IMG/VR virus record: IMGVR_UViG_3300032093_000099
Coordinates: 4,102-68,101 of that record
Length of the DNA stretch: 64,000 nt
Reading direction: 5' to 3' (one strand)
Origin: a virus
Part shown: positions 60,849-64,000 of the stretch, piece after piece
How positions within the stretch are numbered: position 1 is the stretch's first letter
Layout: every line of letters begins with the position of its first letter
Made by a program: the position numbers and the translations under genes
Notes under the pieces: model-generated
The model's database searches: none
What the model was told of the DNA's origin: nothing
The model's input: only the letters and a program-made list of their open reading frames with translations

Positions 60849-62615
60849 ATGGCAGGAATTAAAAGTATAAATAAAGTCCTATCTAAAGTTGGAGAGGACA
60901 AGTTGCGAGAATTACTTTCGCAAGAAGTTCGCGTCACTGAGAAATTTGACGCTTTCAGATTCTCTTTCGAGAAACATCCCAAGACGTACAAGATCCAATA
61001 CTACGGTAAGAACGGCAAGACTCCTCTGAGCCGCGTCGATCGTTCGATCAGCGACCTCTACGAAGCTGCTATTGAGTACATCGAGAACTTGCCGTACGAT
61101 ATCAAAAAATCTATACCCATTCGTCAGAGGTTTGGATTCTCTTGGTTTCCTACCAAGACTCCTCTGATGACCGAGTACGAAAAGAGACCCAGGAACGGTC
61201 TTATCCTCACCGATATAACAGTTCGCAACAATAAGTTTGAGATAATCAACGAGGTCAAAGACAACTCTGTCTTTGAGAGATGGTCACAGATATTCAGAGT
61301 TGATTACGCAAAGCCGGTATTCGAAGGCAAGCTCAAAGAAGAGACTGTCGATGCACTGATAGAATCATGCAAAGAACCTTCTTTGGAGATGCTGAAAGAA
61401 TCTGAGGTTTTTACACCAGGATTCTTAAATTTCGGAAGCGGAAACATAGAAGCTTTGGTTTTCGAATTCGAGGACGATCTAATCAAACTCGGAAAAGATT
61501 CCGAACCTTCCAACGAGTCTCGCAGCCACATGTTCGACATTCTACTGCTCAACATCTGTGAGCACTTAGAATCATTTACTATCAACGGTATCAAAGTAGC
61601 ATCAGCAAACCCTGACGAAGGATACATTGAAGTAGTCTCTGAAGTTTTCAACGATTACGTTGCTAAGAAAGGCGTAGAGTTCTTGGAATCAGGTCTTAAG
61701 AAACCAGAGTTCCTAAACAAGTCGGGCAAACTATCGAAAAAGTGGATCCGCAACCCAAAGACACTCGCTATCTTAGAATCCAATCCTGCTTTTGAATATC
61801 TTTTTACGATATTCCTGGCAAACCTACGAAAGCCTAGATACAAAAGCGGGCTCATCAGTGAGAGCGTGGCACAGTCTTTTAACCAAAAGATCGAAGAAAT
61901 CGACAAGATCTCTGGCAATGACTTCGGCTTCTTAGAGTTTTCGTCGATCGTTCGCGAAGACAAGCCTGAAGAATTGGTAGCCTCCAAGATACCTACCGCA
62001 TCATCAAAAGTAGAGATCATGCAACCCGACTATGTTAAGGCTGTGACTCTGCTTACGAGATTCTTTAGTCCAGACAGAACCGAAGAATCGGGCAAGACAC
62101 CCGCAAACATAATCATCACCAACATCAACGCCGTGACCAACGATGCGATTGACGAAGCTGATCGCTTAAAGAAGCTCAATGGCAACAAAACGATATTGGT
62201 ACACAGTAGGTCTCTACACGATCTTACGTATGGCGCCGACGAAAATAACACAGAAAGAATTCTCAATTCGATTCTAAATGACCACGCCGATCTTTTCATA
62301 GGTTACAAGATCGTGGATCGCCCGTTTTTTAGAAAGTTGCTCGACAGCTTGAGACCAGAATACGAGCCCGTCACCATCTACACAGAGCAAGGCTACGAGG
62401 ATCTTAAGAACGAGCAAAGCGGTCTTTCTACAATTTATTCTCCAGGCATCACTAGATCAGTCGACGTACAAAAGTTACGCGTGAACCGCAGGTCTCAACT
62501 TCAAGACAGTTTAGAAAAAGACAGCTATAAAGATTTCCAAAAGATAACACCCGACTGCATGCATCCTTACTGGAAGCAGATGAAGGCAGCTTTTGACAAA
62601 TACTACTATAACTGA
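60849..62615 (+). CDS. ligase-like domain fused to degenerate HIGH domain
   Basis: VTEKFDA, PVFEGKL, IEALVF; C-terminus resembles the 58156 protein but lacks HIGH; AATATATAC upstream at 60802. Confidence 0.55.
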   Translation: MAGIKSINKVLSKVGEDKLRELLSQEVRVTEKFDAFRFSFEKHPKTYKIQYYGKNGKTPLSRVDRSISDLYEAAIEYIENLPYDIKKSIPIRQRFGFSWFPTKTPLMTEYEKRPRNGLILTDITVRNNKFEIINEVKDNSVFERWSQIFRVDYAKPVFEGKLKEETVDALIESCKEPSLEMLKESEVFTPGFLNFGSGNIEALVFEFEDDLIKLGKDSEPSNESRSHMFDILLLNICEHLESFTINGIKVASANPDEGYIEVVSEVFNDYVAKKGVEFLESGLKKPEFLNKSGKLSKKWIRNPKTLAILESNPAFEYLFTIFLANLRKPRYKSGLISESVAQSFNQKIEEIDKISGNDFGFLEFSSIVREDKPEELVASKIPTASSKVEIMQPDYVKAVTLLTRFFSPDRTEESGKTPANIIITNINAVTNDAIDEADRLKKLNGNKTILVHSRSLHDLTYGADENNTERILNSILNDHADLFIGYKIVDRPFFRKLLDSLRPEYEPVTIYTEQGYEDLKNEQSGLSTIYSPGITRSVDVQKLRVNRRSQLQDSLEKDSYKDFQKITPDCMHPYWKQMKAAFDKYYYN

Positions 62616-62653
62616 GAAAATATATACCAAGACAAAAATTAGTAAGTGCAATC

Positions 62654-63004
62654 ATGAGAGTCTATGAAAAATATACCCTTTCGTTCGATGAGTTCATCAA
62701 TGAAGGAAAGGTGACTGTCAAGAGAAAGTACACAGATAGGTATCCTAAGCATGAGGTGTCTTCAAAAGCTCCTATTCGTGAAAAGATATTGTCTTTCGTC
62801 AAGGAAGGCGGTAGAGTTTCTCACGAAGAGCTGATGGAATTTATCTCGGGCATGAACGAAGAAAACGGCGGATCCACCAGCAGAAAGTGGGTGAACAAAA
62901 ATACGCAGTACTTTCACATAACCGAAAAGAACGGAGTCAAGACTTATCGTCTGTCTGCTCTTGGCGAAAGAGTACATGCGGCAATACTTAAACAAGTTTC
63001 TTAA
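62654..63004 (+). CDS. putative winged-helix internal protein
   Basis: LSFDEFINE; KILSFVKEGGRVSHEELMEFI...YRLSALGER; AATATATAC upstream at 62619. Confidence 0.6.
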   Translation: MRVYEKYTLSFDEFINEGKVTVKRKYTDRYPKHEVSSKAPIREKILSFVKEGGRVSHEELMEFISGMNEENGGSTSRKWVNKNTQYFHITEKNGVKTYRLSALGERVHAAILKQVS

Positions 63005-63013
63005 AAAGCAAAT

Positions 63014-63667
63014 ATGAAAAAACTAATACTATCCATCCTCGCAGTCGGTTTATTGATCGGTTGCGGCAACGAATCAACCAACGCGCCCGAAAGAAGCGTT
63101 CTGAGAATTCACCAAGGCAAATTCGCTTTCTGCGGCGCATCTTCAGCAGTACCGACTGGCAAGAAGATAACGATCCAAGGAAAAGAATTCGATGAAGGAT
63201 GTGCGATATGCCCAGTGCTTGACGGTCCTTCAATCTCTAACTTGGCAATGTATGGTTCAGGCGGGACTTGGGGCGAGTTCAATGTAGAAAACAATTTCCA
63301 AACTCCAGACGGATCGCAAAATACTATATGGTCTTTATTTTGGTACTACGATTCAACCACGACAATTCCTCAGTTCAATCCTGAGACCAAAAAATGGGAA
63401 ATGATGGCTCCAGTGAATCGTGCTTTCACAATCGACATGAGCGATCCTGCCACCAGCGAAAGCAATATGTTTGCGATGCCCGGCGTTATATTCGATACTA
63501 CCGAGACGGGAATCGTACTTGCGAAAGTTTACGGTCCGTTGAACGAAGACGCTCTTCCTTTGAGAATCGCAATCCCTGTTAAAGACGGTGAAACATCTGT
63601 CACAGCCGCCAAGAAAGGCGCACCTTACCCAGTAGGTACTCCAATTCCAGTAGGAAAAAACAAATAA
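63014..63667 (+). CDS. lipoprotein
   Basis: MKKLILSILAVGLLIG-C. Confidence 0.7.
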   Translation: MKKLILSILAVGLLIGCGNESTNAPERSVLRIHQGKFAFCGASSAVPTGKKITIQGKEFDEGCAICPVLDGPSISNLAMYGSGGTWGEFNVENNFQTPDGSQNTIWSLFWYYDSTTTIPQFNPETKKWEMMAPVNRAFTIDMSDPATSESNMFAMPGVIFDTTETGIVLAKVYGPLNEDALPLRIAIPVKDGETSVTAAKKGAPYPVGTPIPVGKNK

Positions 63668-63676
63668 AAGAATAAG

Positions 63677-64000
63677 ATGCCGTCAGTTTCAAAAGCACAA
63701 CAAAGACTAATGGGTATGGCATACGCCTTGAAAAAAGGCGACATGCCAAGATCAGAAGCAAGTCAAGAAGTGCAGGACCTGGCAGACAGCATGACCTTAA
63801 AGCAACTCAAAGATTTCGCAGAAACATCTCACAAAGGACTCCCAGACAAAGTAGAAGAGTACAGTTTAGGTTCTTATTACACCGGATCTTTCTTTTGGTT
63901 TACTCAAGCAGGCCAAGCAGCAGTGCAAAAGATATCAATGCTTGGAGACAAAACAGATCCTCTTGTCCAAAGATTTATTGACTTCATTACCAAGAAAAAC
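63677..64000 (+). CDS. DUF3008-like protein, truncated by window end
   Basis: MPSVSKAQQRLMGMAYALKKG...SMTLKQLKDFAETSHKGLP; no stop before 64000. Confidence 0.65.
   Translation, partial: MPSVSKAQQRLMGMAYALKKGDMPRSEASQEVQDLADSMTLKQLKDFAETSHKGLPDKVEEYSLGSYYTGSFFWFTQAGQAAVQKISMLGDKTDPLVQRFIDFITKKN

Noticed and set aside
1-64000. Stop-codon reassignment, as in some large phages
   Set aside because: Coding density is high under the standard code and TAA, TAG and TGA all end tightly packed genes.
1-64000. tRNAs, introns, inteins, diversity-generating retroelements or IS elements
   Set aside because: None recognised; intergenic gaps are mostly short and no RT, transposase or homing-endonuclease motifs were seen. 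Not confirmed by software.

Overview
This 64-kb window looks like part of a large T4-like (jumbo) myophage genome. It is densely coded, almost entirely on the + strand, and uses the standard genetic code. Genes have A-rich leaders without Shine-Dalgarno sites, which suggests a Bacteroidota host. Layout: (1-14.1 kb) an S1-domain protein, an amidoligase, neck and baseplate genes; (14.1-17.9 kb) HAD, PhoH, SET, 3'-5' exonuclease and a NEIL1-like glycosylase; (18-41.5 kb) very large virion/tail proteins, a spanin-like pair and a tail-tube-like protein; (41.8-47.9 kb) RuvC, gp32, primase, UvsY, exonuclease and UvsW; (47.9-64 kb) an accessory array. The main finding is in that array. About 17 otherwise unrelated proteins share an N-terminal peptide (consensus MKH/YIxTF/YExFLNE) resembling the T4 capsid-targeting sequence MKTYQEFIAE with its prohead-protease site, downstream of a candidate late promoter GATATATAG. 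This suggests a capsid-packaged, injected toolkit: ligase-like, pol-beta and HIGH nucleotidyltransferases, an ADP-ribosyltransferase-like protein, ParB/Srx and PD-(D/E)xK domains, and ferritin. One member looks like a polyprotein whose modules are flanked by 24-bp direct repeats encoding the putative cleavage site. All family calls are from motif recognition by eye; no searches were run.
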